A stretch of DNA of 63,341 nucleotides, the filler included, from Mitosporidium daphniae (taxonomy: Eukaryota): NCBI RefSeq assembly GCF_000760515.2. It is 15 parts of 15 records of this genome, joined end to end, with 100 filler letters (N's around TTAATTAATTAA, not from the genome) between each part and the next. Parts side by side here need not be neighbours in the genome. Positions count along the whole stretch, not along the records: positions 22,746 to 27,029 come from NW_013546602.1; positions 27,130 to 31,337 come from NW_013546601.1; positions 31,438 to 35,608 come from NW_013546599.1; 12 more parts are not named here. One strand, given 5' to 3'. Positions 23,793 to 33,721 of this stretch are shown here, in pieces; the first letter of the stretch is position 1, and each line of letters starts with the position of its first letter. The notes under the pieces were generated by a model. That model was not told where the DNA came from, made no database searches, and saw nothing but the letters and a program-made list of their open reading frames with translations. The position numbers and the translations under genes are program-made.

Positions 23793-26247
23793 ATGGATGT
23801 TGATACTCCAAAAGCATCATTTTTGCAAGATGTCTCTGCAGGAAACTCATTCGAATGCTCTAGCCATTCGTATTTTTCACCTTCGGATCCAGAACTTCCG
23901 ATATCTCACCTATTTACGTCATCTGCATCTAGCACATCGCCTTTTTTTATCTCATTAAGAGCAAATTCTTCTCAAAAGCCGATTTATGTTAATGAGGATG
24001 GAAGGATTTTCTTAGAGACCTTTTCTCCTGCGTTTTCAATGGCACAAGATTTTTTAATTGCCATTTCTGAACCAGTTAGTAGGTATGTCTTTTGCCTTAT
24101 CATAGACCAAATATTATTCACGAATATCAAATTACACCATATTCCCTTTATGCCGCTGTATCGGTTGGACTTGAAACCGATGCAATTATTGATGTTTTAG
24201 ACCGATTCAGTAAGACCGAATTGCCCACAGCGTTGGTTTCGTTTATTCGAACCTGCACCCTAAGTTATGGCAAAGTTAAATTGGTCCTGCATCAAGGTCG
24301 ATATTGGATCGAAACTGCATTTCCTGATATCATACAGATGCTTTTAAAAGATCCTATAATTGCAGAGGCAAGGAAATCATTACCACCTTCTTCAGATAAT
24401 TACTCCCTATCTTTAGCAAAGGATTCTTCTATTGATATCCCATTTTCAGAGGAGACAAATGAAATTGAAAACTCGACATTTTCTTTTGAAATCCCAGCAG
24501 GCTCAGTTGAGCTGGTGAAGCGCAGATGCATTGAAATTGACTATCCAATGTTAGAGGAATACGATTTTCTAAATGACCTTCGGAACTTTCCGTTAGATAT
24601 TCACTTGACAGCAACCACCTCCATCAGACCGTATCAAGAAGTTGCATTATCAAAAATGTTTGGAAATGCAAGAGCAAGATCTGGAATAATTGTCCTTCCT
24701 TGTGGTGCTGGAAAGACATTGGTTGGCATTGCTGCCACTAGTACAATCAAAAAAAGCACCCTTGTTTTGTGTACGTCTGGCGTAGCCGTTGAACAATGGT
24801 ATCAACAGTTCCGTCAATTTTCTACTATTTCTCCCGATTTGATGGCACGATTTACGTCTTCAACCAAGGAATCGTCTATTGTGATCAACGATGATGATGA
24901 CCACCCTCAATCCGCTTTGGTTATAATCACCACATACACAATGGTTGCTTTTAGTGGGAAGCGATCTTACGAGGCTCAGCGTATGATGACGTGCATAAAA
25001 AAGATCGAGTGGTATTTTGGTTCTTAAAATTTAGGGGCCTATTGTTACTTGACGAAGTGCATGTCGTTCCTGCCAATGTTTTCCGCCGCGTTTTGACCAC
25101 CGTGGCTGCTCATTCAAAATTGGGACTTACTGCAACCCTAGTTAGGGAGGACGATAAAATTGCCGATCTAAATTTTCTGATCGGCCCCAAGCTTTATGAG
25201 GCCAACTGGCTCGACCTAAGCCGTCAAGGCCACATAGCCACTGTGAAGTGCTCTGAAATTTGGTGTCCAATGACTTCTGATTTTTATCGCGAATATCTTG
25301 GGGCTTCTGGTAGGCGAAGGCGTCTTTTTTACGTCATGAATCCAAACAAGTTTCAAGCGTGCCAATATCTGATCGATAGCCATGAAAAAAAGGGCGACAA
25401 GATAATCGTTTTTTCAGATAATGTTTATGCCCTCAAAGTAGGGGTGTTTTTAACAAACTGTTGTTATCACTAGGCTTATGCGCTCAAGTTGAAAAAGCCA
25501 TTCATTTATGGCCCAACCTCTCAAGTTGAACGGATGCGGATATTGCATCAATTTCAAAACAACCCAAATCTTAACACCATATTTCTTTCCAAAGTTGGAG
25601 ACACGTCCATTGATCTTCCTGAAGCCACGTGTCTCATCCAGATATCATCACATTATGGATCGAGAAGGCAAGAGGCACAGCGATTGGGTACGATAATTGA
25701 ATCTGTTTTCTTTAGGACGTATTCTCCGTGCTAAGCGACGAATGGACGATGGATTTAATGCCTATTTTTATTCCTTAGTGTCAAAAGATACCGAAGAAAT
25801 GTTTTATTCCACCAAACGCCAGCAGTTTCTTATTGACCAAGGCTATACTTTCAAAGTGATCACGGAATTGGAGGGAATGAAAAAAAATAGACACTCCTTG
25901 GTATATTCGACCCAAAAAGAGCAGTTAGAGTTGTTAAAATGTATAATATTGGCTTCTGAAGTAAGGCCATTTCATAAATCATATAGACCGAAGTGGCTGA
26001 GGATGAAAATCTGGGCACCTCTGCAGATGACATTGATGGCCCCGACACAGGATATGTCTCCTCGGAGGCCCAATTAAGAGCGTCAACCTCGCCTCACAAA
26101 TCGCTTTCTTCATTGACAGGTGGATCCGACCTTGTGTATGTGGAGAAAAACAAAAGGATATCCACTGCTGTCGCATCTACGAAAGGCCAATCACAGCAGA
26201 CCAGCCGACATTCCTTATTTAAAGCATACTTTAAATCCAAAAAGTGA
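23793..26247 (+). CDS. SSL2: TFIIH helicase XPB/Ssl2, multi-intron
   Basis: [61 protein letters not shown] and [15 protein letters not shown]. 23-nt introns at 24083-24105 and 25012-25034, among others. Confidence 0.97.
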
Positions 26248-26356
26248 TTTATTTATAAAAAGATAACCTCAAACCATTGAGTGCATTTATTTTTAAGCAA
26301 TTATTGCTTGATCAAAAAGACATCACCATTGATGATGGGGTTTCGTTTAATTTTTA

Positions 26357-27029
26357 ATGGTGCAGCCATCTTCTTCAAAAGGAAATCTTCATGATTGCTT
26401 CATTAAATGTTCAAAATATCCGTCAAAGAAATTTACATATTCCTTTCTTTGTTTGTTTTCGATCCTGGCTCTTTGTACACGCTTCTATGGAATATCAAAT
26501 GGATCCACGGTCATGTAAGACTAACTCTAGCATGATAACACACATAGTTGGGATGAGGCTCATTTTGGAAAATTTGGTAGCTATTACTTGAATCACACTT
26601 TCTATACGGATGTACATCCCCCGCTTGGAAAAATGTTTATTGGGTTTGCCGGGTATCTTTCTAAATACAATGGCTCATATACGTTTCCGTCTGGGGAACA
26701 CTATCCGCCCCATGTAAATTACATCTCTATGCGAATTTGCATTGCCACCCTGGGTGCTCTTGCTATTCCCCTTGTATTCATGTCATGTATCAATATGAAC
26801 ATGGATAAATGGACATCTGTTTTCGTAGCCACGTGCCTATTGTTTGGTGTGTGTTTTATATCTGACAATTAGACAACGGCCTTATTGGTATATCCAGACT
26901 CATCCTGCTGGATTCGATTTTAATTTTTTTCACTGCTCTGGCCACATATGCGTTCACATCATATTTGAGCTCTTGCGATAGGTGTTGTCTCTTTTTTCTT
27001 TTCCAATAGGCCCTTTAGCTACGAAAACA
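26357..27029 (+). CDS. Dolichyl-phosphate-mannose:protein O-mannosyltransferase, PMT2-like (3'-truncated)
   Basis: TRFYGI...[29 protein letters not shown]...NYISMR, and later ISRLILLDS. Confidence 0.93.
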
Positions 27030-27130
27030 NNNNNNNNNNNNNNNNNNNNNNNNNNNNNNNNNNNNNNNNNNNNTTAATTAATTAANNNNNNNNNNNNNNN
27101 NNNNNNNNNNNNNNNNNNNNNNNNNNNNNT

Positions 27131-27235
27131 AATCCCAACAAAAATAATCCTAATCCCAACAAAAATAATCCTAATCCCAACAAAAATAATCCTAATCCCA
27201 ACAAAAATAATCCTAATCCCAACAAAAATAATCCT
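27131..27235 (+). repeat. 21-nt coding repeat (NPNKNNP), at least 5 copies
   Basis: AATCCCAACAAAAATAATCCT x5, running into the contig edge. Confidence 0.93.
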
Positions 27236-27895
27236 AATTCCAACTCAGCTTCACCCCTGCGCAAACCTAGACCAAAATCTAAACCTGATAAGGGTTTTAA
27301 AAGAGGAATCAAAATCTTTAAAATTCTCGTCGGCTTATATATATTTCAACAGTTCTCTTTCATTAACGAATATTTTTCATGCACAGAAGAGATGTTTGAC
27401 GATCTTCCCAATATTTATATCTTTTTGGGTGTTGCAAATTTCGCTGGAACTTTTTTAAATGTTGCAATTGAGGCTCTAAAAGGCTGGAAAAAAGAAGGGA
27501 GTAATTGTCTCGTCAATCTAGCGGAATCTGTTGATATGAAACATATCTATGTAACTAGTCTAGCTGGATGTGCAATCTCTTCATTGCTCCTCCTCCTCAT
27601 TTCTTTCTTGAAAAATATAGCGTCTATAAAATCTGCTGCTGCATTCGGCTTTATCTTTTGTTTTTCATTTGGATTCGGACCTAGCCCTTGGATGATTGTT
27701 CCAAGAATCCTACTCCCAAGCCTTCAGGAAGATTATGATTCTTTTGGATCGACGTTAAATTGGCTATGTGCTTTCATAATTACCTTTACCGCGACTGGGA
27801 TTCTTCCCTTTTTCAAAAAGATTTCATTGCTCTTTTTGAGCCCCTTTTGCCTTTTTTTAAACCTAACTATGGGACACTTATTATTAAAATTCTAA
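27131..27895 (+). CDS. Divergent MFS sugar-porter, C-terminal half (5'-truncated)
   Basis: The frame is open from the contig start. FQQFSFIN (QQxxGIN-like), FSFGFGPSPWMI and LNWLCAFII are present, with about 6 hydrophobic segments. Confidence 0.75.
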   Translation, partial: NPNKNNPNPNKNNPNPNKNNPNPNKNNPNPNKNNPNSNSASPLRKPRPKSKPDKGFKRGIKIFKILVGLYIFQQFSFINEYFSCTEEMFDDLPNIYIFLGVANFAGTFLNVAIEALKGWKKEGSNCLVNLAESVDMKHIYVTSLAGCAISSLLLLLISFLKNIASIKSAAAFGFIFCFSFGFGPSPWMIVPRILLPSLQEDYDSFGSTLNWLCAFIITFTATGILPFFKKISLLFLSPFCLFLNLTMGHLLLKF

Positions 27896-28855
27896 ATAAA
27901 CAAATCTTTTTAGCAGTAAAAACTGTAACCAAACTAACACCAAAAAAGTTTTGTGTTTCCAAGTAATCTGACCTTAATCTTCTGGAAAAGATATCTTGGG
28001 CAAGCTGACTGAAAACTTGGCATTTAATAAATTGTTTATTCAAATTATTTGATGTCGCCGCACACAGTTAATCGCCGGTCATATCGCCTGAGTGGTGAAA
28101 TTGCGCCCAGTTCCTCATCAAAGATTCATTTGGCTCCCAAATTTCCAGATAATGTGAATGTCTTTTCTAAGCTCGTACCGCATGAAAATTTATGATTTAG
28201 ATATCCTCCTCCTCCTCCTCAACCATCGACACTGCAAATGAGTTTCCTTCATCAGTGACCGAGGGCGATGTCAAATCTAAAGAATGTCGATTTCATTGCT
28301 ACAGCTGTGTTCGGTAGGAAACGCTTTCACGTAATTTCTTTTTTCTGGCATAATGTGAAGCCTAAACCTAACCCTACCCCTCAATTTCAGCGAGAATTTC
28401 ATTTATTATGCATTGACACGAATTTCTTCATCGAGATGCTAAGCTTTCAAACATTCTGGAAACTACGCACTGCATGGACACTGTAAGCTTGTCCCTTCAA
28501 CTGGCATATAGAAACTGGCCAATTTTGGGCCTTCAATCGTCGACTCCTATGCAATGAAGTGTGGAACATCGGCATATTTAGCCTCATATTGGCTTTTCCT
28601 TTATCGTGTAGGAAGATAGTGTTGAATAGGACTGCTCACTATTCATACACATTAATGAGTGGAAATTTCCCATCTCCCAGATTCTTTTTTGCTTTTAAAA
28701 ACATGCTGTGAATTTGAATGAATTTTGGGTGAATGTACACAAACTGCGAGTCCAACAAAAAATTTATTAAAATGTCCATTTTGCGGATTAAAACATTGCG
28801 TTTTGATTGGAAAGCCCAACAAAGGGTTTTGATCCACTCAGGCCTCTTAGTCATG

Positions 28856-31336
28856 CTAACCCTTGATTGCCTTGCAAGCTTTGTCATCATCCAGAAGAAA
28901 ATGCAAATTAAACTGATCCAGATTTGTCGATTTTTTGGAGTCCTTTGCACAAAATCTGAGACGCAATTTCCGCTCAGAAATAGTTGCTTTTATGGCAACG
29001 TTTGTGAAATCGTACTTGGTGCTATCTTTAAACTGCGATTGTATACGCCTTAATAGCCTCAATGAAGACGGTTTTTTGAATTTCCTTGCAAAATAGATCC
29101 AGTTCTGCAAGATCCACTCATGAGCTGCGATAAAACTAAAAATCAGACTTCTCAGCACCTTAGAGCTATCTAGAAGATTCATAAAGCCAACGGCACTACC
29201 AGAGTATGTCAGATAGTGAAGCATGTCTTCCAAGTCAAATTCATTCAGATCATAGATGTTTATCAGTGCAGGGGAGAAGAAAAAGTGCGCGGTGTCGTTT
29301 AACTTTTCAGAAAGATCGTTCATTGTGGCGAATAGCTTTTTTCCTTTGAAAGTATCAACAAACACCGGATATTTTGTGTAGGTATCGTTCAAATCGAGGC
29401 GACCAACAACGGTTGTTGCAAAGTCTTTTGTAAAACTCACCCTTAAATTAGGCAGTTCAGCATCAGAGATTCCAAAGGGCGATCGCTCTGCAGGGGATAC
29501 ATTTGTGTCTTCCACGCTTTCATGAATCTGTTCCTGCTCTTGGATAGATTGCCGCTCTTGCGTCGATTGAACAACAGTCTCGATATCCAATGTGAGATTA
29601 TTGGAGCGCGATGGTATGGAAGGCATCTCAAAGGCGGGGGGGAAAATCTCCCCTACCTGGCTAGCTTGAAAGAATTTTAAAATTTCAGGCTTTGGCATGC
29701 TCTCACAAAAAAAGATCCATTTAATCTGATCAATCGATTTTTGACCATTCAGGTTGAGAATCCTGTCCCAGTTGGGAATTCGATTGCCTGCAGAGGAATA
29801 TGCGGGGGACCAAAAGATTTTCAAAGTCTTCGAAAAGAATGCTTGCCAAGGTAAAAGATCTCGCTCTATACGGTCCCTCTTGAGCTGGCTCAAATGAGCA
29901 GAAGTAAAAATTGTTTTCAAAGCAGTCTTGTTGCCAGAATTTATAACCTCTGAAAAAAATTTCGCTTTCGATGACAATTCTTCCTTGTCATTTGCACTCA
30001 GCGTCAAAAGCATATCTTGGTCGTCTTTTAGGATTGAAGAGACAAAAATCTTAATCTGATGGCGTGGCTTCACCAAAAAACTAAACGAGTTATCAATCGA
30101 AATTCCATTCAGCAGCTTTCGGGCTCTCAAGAGCGTTTGGTAAAAGCTCTTTGTGTACACAAGGGTCGAGAAAGTAACCACGCAAATTGCAGATGGATTG
30201 TTGACATCAACATTGGTCCCAAAGCAATGGGCCTGGTCAAGATACAAGAAAATCTCGGCGTTTTTCAAATTGTACTTGGTTTCGAGGAACGAAAACTGGC
30301 CCTCTACAGGCAAATCTCTCCCAATTCTACCAGTCTCCATTTGATAGACAATTAAATTTTCCTTTTCATCGTAATACACCACGCACTTGTATCTCTTTGA
30401 AGCCAAAATATCGTGTGCTACCTGCGAGTTGGAATGATCCTTCAAAAGAGCTCCGGCATCAAACAGTGCTGTTGTATTGGTCTTCAAGATAAAGTCCAAT
30501 AAAGCATCAAATTGGGCATTCTTGTTGTCAAGAAGCCCCATATTTTGACGTTGAGCGGCATAGTTTCGAATTTCAGGGTAATCTTTCGTGTAGCAAGGTC
30601 GAGGAGAAAAGGAAAACGAGTTGTGAATTCGTCTCTCGATCACATAAGACTGGCTGACATCAATATCAACATTTGGGATCACTTCAAAGTTCCTCCAATT
30701 GTATAAGGTGCCGCTGTATGCAAGGACCTGAGTGCAGGTTAAAATAAATTCAATGGCAGATGATACGATCTGATGAGGCGATGTCTTGATGCTTTCAATC
30801 ACTACATGTTTCAAAAAAGCCTTGAGAGTGTCGTCATTTTCATATATCTTTTTCCTCAAAAGCATGAAGAGCTCAAAAACAGATAACTTGGGTTTTCTCT
30901 TGATTTCTTGCAACAATTCATAGTGATAGAGATCCAGAGTGGAATATATATTCTCCTCAGTAAAGAATAAAGGAGGCTCGCTGAGATCTTTCATTTCGTT
31001 TTCAAGGTAAAACTTTAGCGAAATCGCAATGATGAACAGCTGGTTTCCAAAGGTGCTGCCCTCCCTTGGTGTATTTGCCATCGAATATGGGATCGGATAT
31101 GGAAGCGAGGATTTCATAGATGCTCCATACCCGACATTGCGGACCTTTTCCCAGCAATTGACAAAAAGATTATCAACGATTAATACGCGATTTTTTTCGC
31201 TGGTTGTTAACAAAATCTTCTCGAGCTCTTTTTTCAATATCTGTTTGAAGGACTCCGTAGTAGACGGTGTAAGAGGCTCGTTGATCTCAAAAATGGTGAT
31301 CTTTTCTCCAGTTTGCGATTGGAATACCTTTTTGTT
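28856..31336 (-). CDS. Large DUF3638/DUF3645-type P-loop/SecA-like protein, C-terminal part (5'-truncated, intronless)
   Basis: Ordered motifs KVRNVGYG...IPYSMANTPREGSTF, AYSGT, ALFDAGAL...NSQVA, LYLDQAHCFGTNV, QTLLRARKL, a QE-rich segment and FTKDFATTV. These match the conserved order recalled for this family. Confidence 0.72.
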   Translation of the reverse strand, partial: NKKVFQSQTGEKITIFEINEPLTPSTTESFKQILKKELEKILLTTSEKNRVLIVDNLFVNCWEKVRNVGYGASMKSSLPYPIPYSMANTPREGSTFGNQLFIIAISLKFYLENEMKDLSEPPLFFTEENIYSTLDLYHYELLQEIKRKPKLSVFELFMLLRKKIYENDDTLKAFLKHVVIESIKTSPHQIVSSAIEFILTCTQVLAYSGTLYNWRNFEVIPNVDIDVSQSYVIERRIHNSFSFSPRPCYTKDYPEIRNYAAQRQNMGLLDNKNAQFDALLDFILKTNTTALFDAGALLKDHSNSQVAHDILASKRYKCVVYYDEKENLIVYQMETGRIGRDLPVEGQFSFLETKYNLKNAEIFLYLDQAHCFGTNVDVNNPSAICVVTFSTLVYTKSFYQTLLRARKLLNGISIDNSFSFLVKPRHQIKIFVSSILKDDQDMLLTLSANDKEELSSKAKFFSEVINSGNKTALKTIFTSAHLSQLKRDRIERDLLPWQAFFSKTLKIFWSPAYSSAGNRIPNWDRILNLNGQKSIDQIKWIFFCESMPKPEILKFFQASQVGEIFPPAFEMPSIPSRSNNLTLDIETVVQSTQERQSIQEQEQIHESVEDTNVSPAERSPFGISDAELPNLRVSFTKDFATTVVGRLDLNDTYTKYPVFVDTFKGKKLFATMNDLSEKLNDTAHFFFSPALINIYDLNEFDLEDMLHYLTYSGSAVGFMNLLDSSKVLRSLIFSFIAAHEWILQNWIYFARKFKKPSSLRLLRRIQSQFKDSTKYDFTNVAIKATISERKLRLRFCAKDSKKSTNLDQFNLHFLLDDDKACKAIKG

Positions 31337-31437
31337 TNNNNNNNNNNNNNNNNNNNNNNNNNNNNNNNNNNNNNNNNNNNNTTAATTAATTAANNNNNNN
31401 NNNNNNNNNNNNNNNNNNNNNNNNNNNNNNNNNNNNN

Positions 31438-31886
31438 TCCGCTGAAAGCAGATCAATTGCATGGCAGATTTTCCCTTCTTTGATCAACAACGAGGTGTAA
31501 ATAAGCTCGTTAAAATGCCTTATTATGATTTCCTCTTCGGAATTCTCTGTCAAGGCAAAATTTTTAATTGCAGGACTGTTGGTTGCCATGTTCGCTGAAG
31601 AGCAAAGGCTCTTAAAGTAGCCAAACAAAGATTTTAATCTCGCGTCAGATGATACCTCTGAAAGGCGGCTGCTCTCTTCCATCAATTTGCTGAATTGCGA
31701 CAGTGCGTATAGAGAAAATAAACGATACACCTGATAAACTGCCCTAATTATTTCCGAAGAAGATTCGCGTGGAGCATATCTTTCGACGAGCTGGATTGTG
31801 CCCAGGTAGTTTCCTGCATGGTAATGATTGTAAATTTCATTGAACTCAGCCCTCGAATTCAAGGTCGAAATCACTTGAAGGGACAT
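31438..31886 (-). CDS. Probable coatomer epsilon subunit (3'-truncated)
   Basis: EFNEIYNHYHAGNYLGTI and VYRLFSLYALSQF resemble the epsilon-COP N-terminal TPR pattern. Confidence 0.6.
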
Positions 31887-31951
31887 ATGAAAATTTAAAT
31901 TTAAACTTAAAATGGTAAAAAATTATTTTCCATATCGCAGCTTTCAGGATA

Positions 31952-32726
31952 ATGTCTCTTCAATATTCAATCGTCTTTTCCATTCTTATTGGTGAATTAT
32001 CGATCATCGCACTTTTTCTGATTCCAATTCCATTTATCATCAAGTCTTCTATAGAGCTAGCCCTGATAAAGACAAGTCGTTCTTCTTTGGTCAATCGAAT
32101 CGCAATGGCCATATTCGTTCTGGTCTTCATCTTTTTCTTAGATTCTTTCCATAAGATGCTAAAATTCCACACCGCCATCAGCGAATTAACTTCATATGCT
32201 GGCCCTTTGCAAACGGATTCTTCAGAGTTTGGATCAATGAACAATCGCAATATGCATCGCCCGCAAAGCCACCATCACCATCATAATTCCTTCCAATCAT
32301 CAGCCCTATATTCGACGCTATTTTATGCGCAGAGAAATGTTTATCTTACGGGGATGGTTTTGGTTTTATTTTTGTAAGTTATCCATACGTTTTATATACT
32401 TTCTAGGGTCATTAGGAAAATGCAGCAACTAATCAAGGAGCGAATGGATAATAGGCAGGTAATTTCCAGTACAGAGTCTACGCTTGCTAAATATATTAAC
32501 GAAATTGCCATTCTGGGCGAAGAGAATTCAAAGCTTTGCTCGCAAATTTCACTCTTAAAGAAAGATAATGAAGGGCTGGTGCTGAAAATAAGATCGCAAT
32601 CGAGCGAAAAAAACTCTGAATACAAGCGCCTGTCAGATTTGCTTTCAAATCTGGATGTATGAATTGGCTTATATTAATTTTTACTAGGAAAAATCGGGTA
32701 CTGCCATTGTACAGGATCAGGAATGA
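31952..32726 (+). CDS. BAP31/BAP29 (Yet-family) ER membrane protein
   Basis: MSLQYSIVFSILIGE...LIPIP, FFLDS and LFYAQRNVYLTG. Three TMs, then a coiled coil after short introns (last one 32657-32687). Confidence 0.9.
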
Positions 32727-32941
32727 CTTTATGTTACCAGTTATGCTTCTGGATGACGTCACCAATAAATTTACCAAATGACCAAGCCCTAAACGAACAT
32801 ACAAGCAACCGATTCAGATAGAATCGAGCAAAGATGAAATTTTGATGAAAGATGTGGTGGATGTCTTTTTATCGGAAAACGATATGATGATCTCACCTTG
32901 GGAAAGTAGTTGGATTTTAGATTCCCACGTTGGAAGGTTTT

Positions 32942-33640
32942 CTAGAAAATTAAACAAGAAAATGCAACACTTGTTCTGTTTAACAGCGAATGGACGTTCA
33001 AGCAGGAAAGCGGGACTGAAATGCATTCCAATTTACTTGAGCCTATGATTTGACGTACAGGAATGTGGATTGTAGCCAAGGAATGGTAAATCACAGCAAG
33101 GGGCAATAGCTGTTCGCCATTGGATGACAGCTCCCAAAGGGAACAATGAGGGGTTCGATATCCCTTCCCCGCAACCAAAACCCTAATATTCCACTGGTTA
33201 ACGGATGTTGATAAGGGATGTTTTGGACCATACATGGAAGTGTAGTGCTTTTCAGAAGAAATCGTCATCTGAGAAAAGAAATCCTCAAATAATTTGGAGT
33301 GCTCAATTTGTGCGATATCTTTATCTTTGCCGTTGTAGATATCCTTTTTGAAGGGGAGACAGGAGATCTCGTCCCATTCAAACGGAAACAAGATAATGGA
33401 AGTGATGGAGCTAAACCCCTCTAGTCGAAACGCCTGCAAGAGGATTTTAAACTCCACATCAAAAATTGCCAGAAACCCAAAAGAACTTCCAATGAGAAGC
33501 CATTCAAGATAACTTGGCCTGCAATGTGACTTATCTATTTGGTCCCTGTGTACTGGCGAATTAAAAAACGAAGCACTTTGGTATATTGGCAGCCCAAGAA
33601 ACGCAGGCCAGCTTAGTTGATCAATAAAGTATTTATTCAT
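32942..33640 (-). CDS. Uncharacterised protein with WD40-like segments; probably continues by splicing toward about 32720
   Basis: 232-aa ORF. WLLIGSSFGFLAIFDVEF and HCSLWEL look like WD strands. Family uncertain. Confidence 0.45.
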   Translation of the reverse strand: MNKYFIDQLSWPAFLGLPIYQSASFFNSPVHRDQIDKSHCRPSYLEWLLIGSSFGFLAIFDVEFKILLQAFRLEGFSSITSIILFPFEWDEISCLPFKKDIYNGKDKDIAQIEHSKLFEDFFSQMTISSEKHYTSMYGPKHPLSTSVNQWNIRVLVAGKGYRTPHCSLWELSSNGEQLLPLAVIYHSLATIHIPVRQIIGSSKLECISVPLSCLNVHSLLNRTSVAFSCLIF

Positions 33641-33721
33641 TCCAAAAATACAGCCAGCAACACAACCAACAATTCAAAAATCATAAACTGGGCCAAAATT
33701 TTATTTTTACTCTAAAATTAT

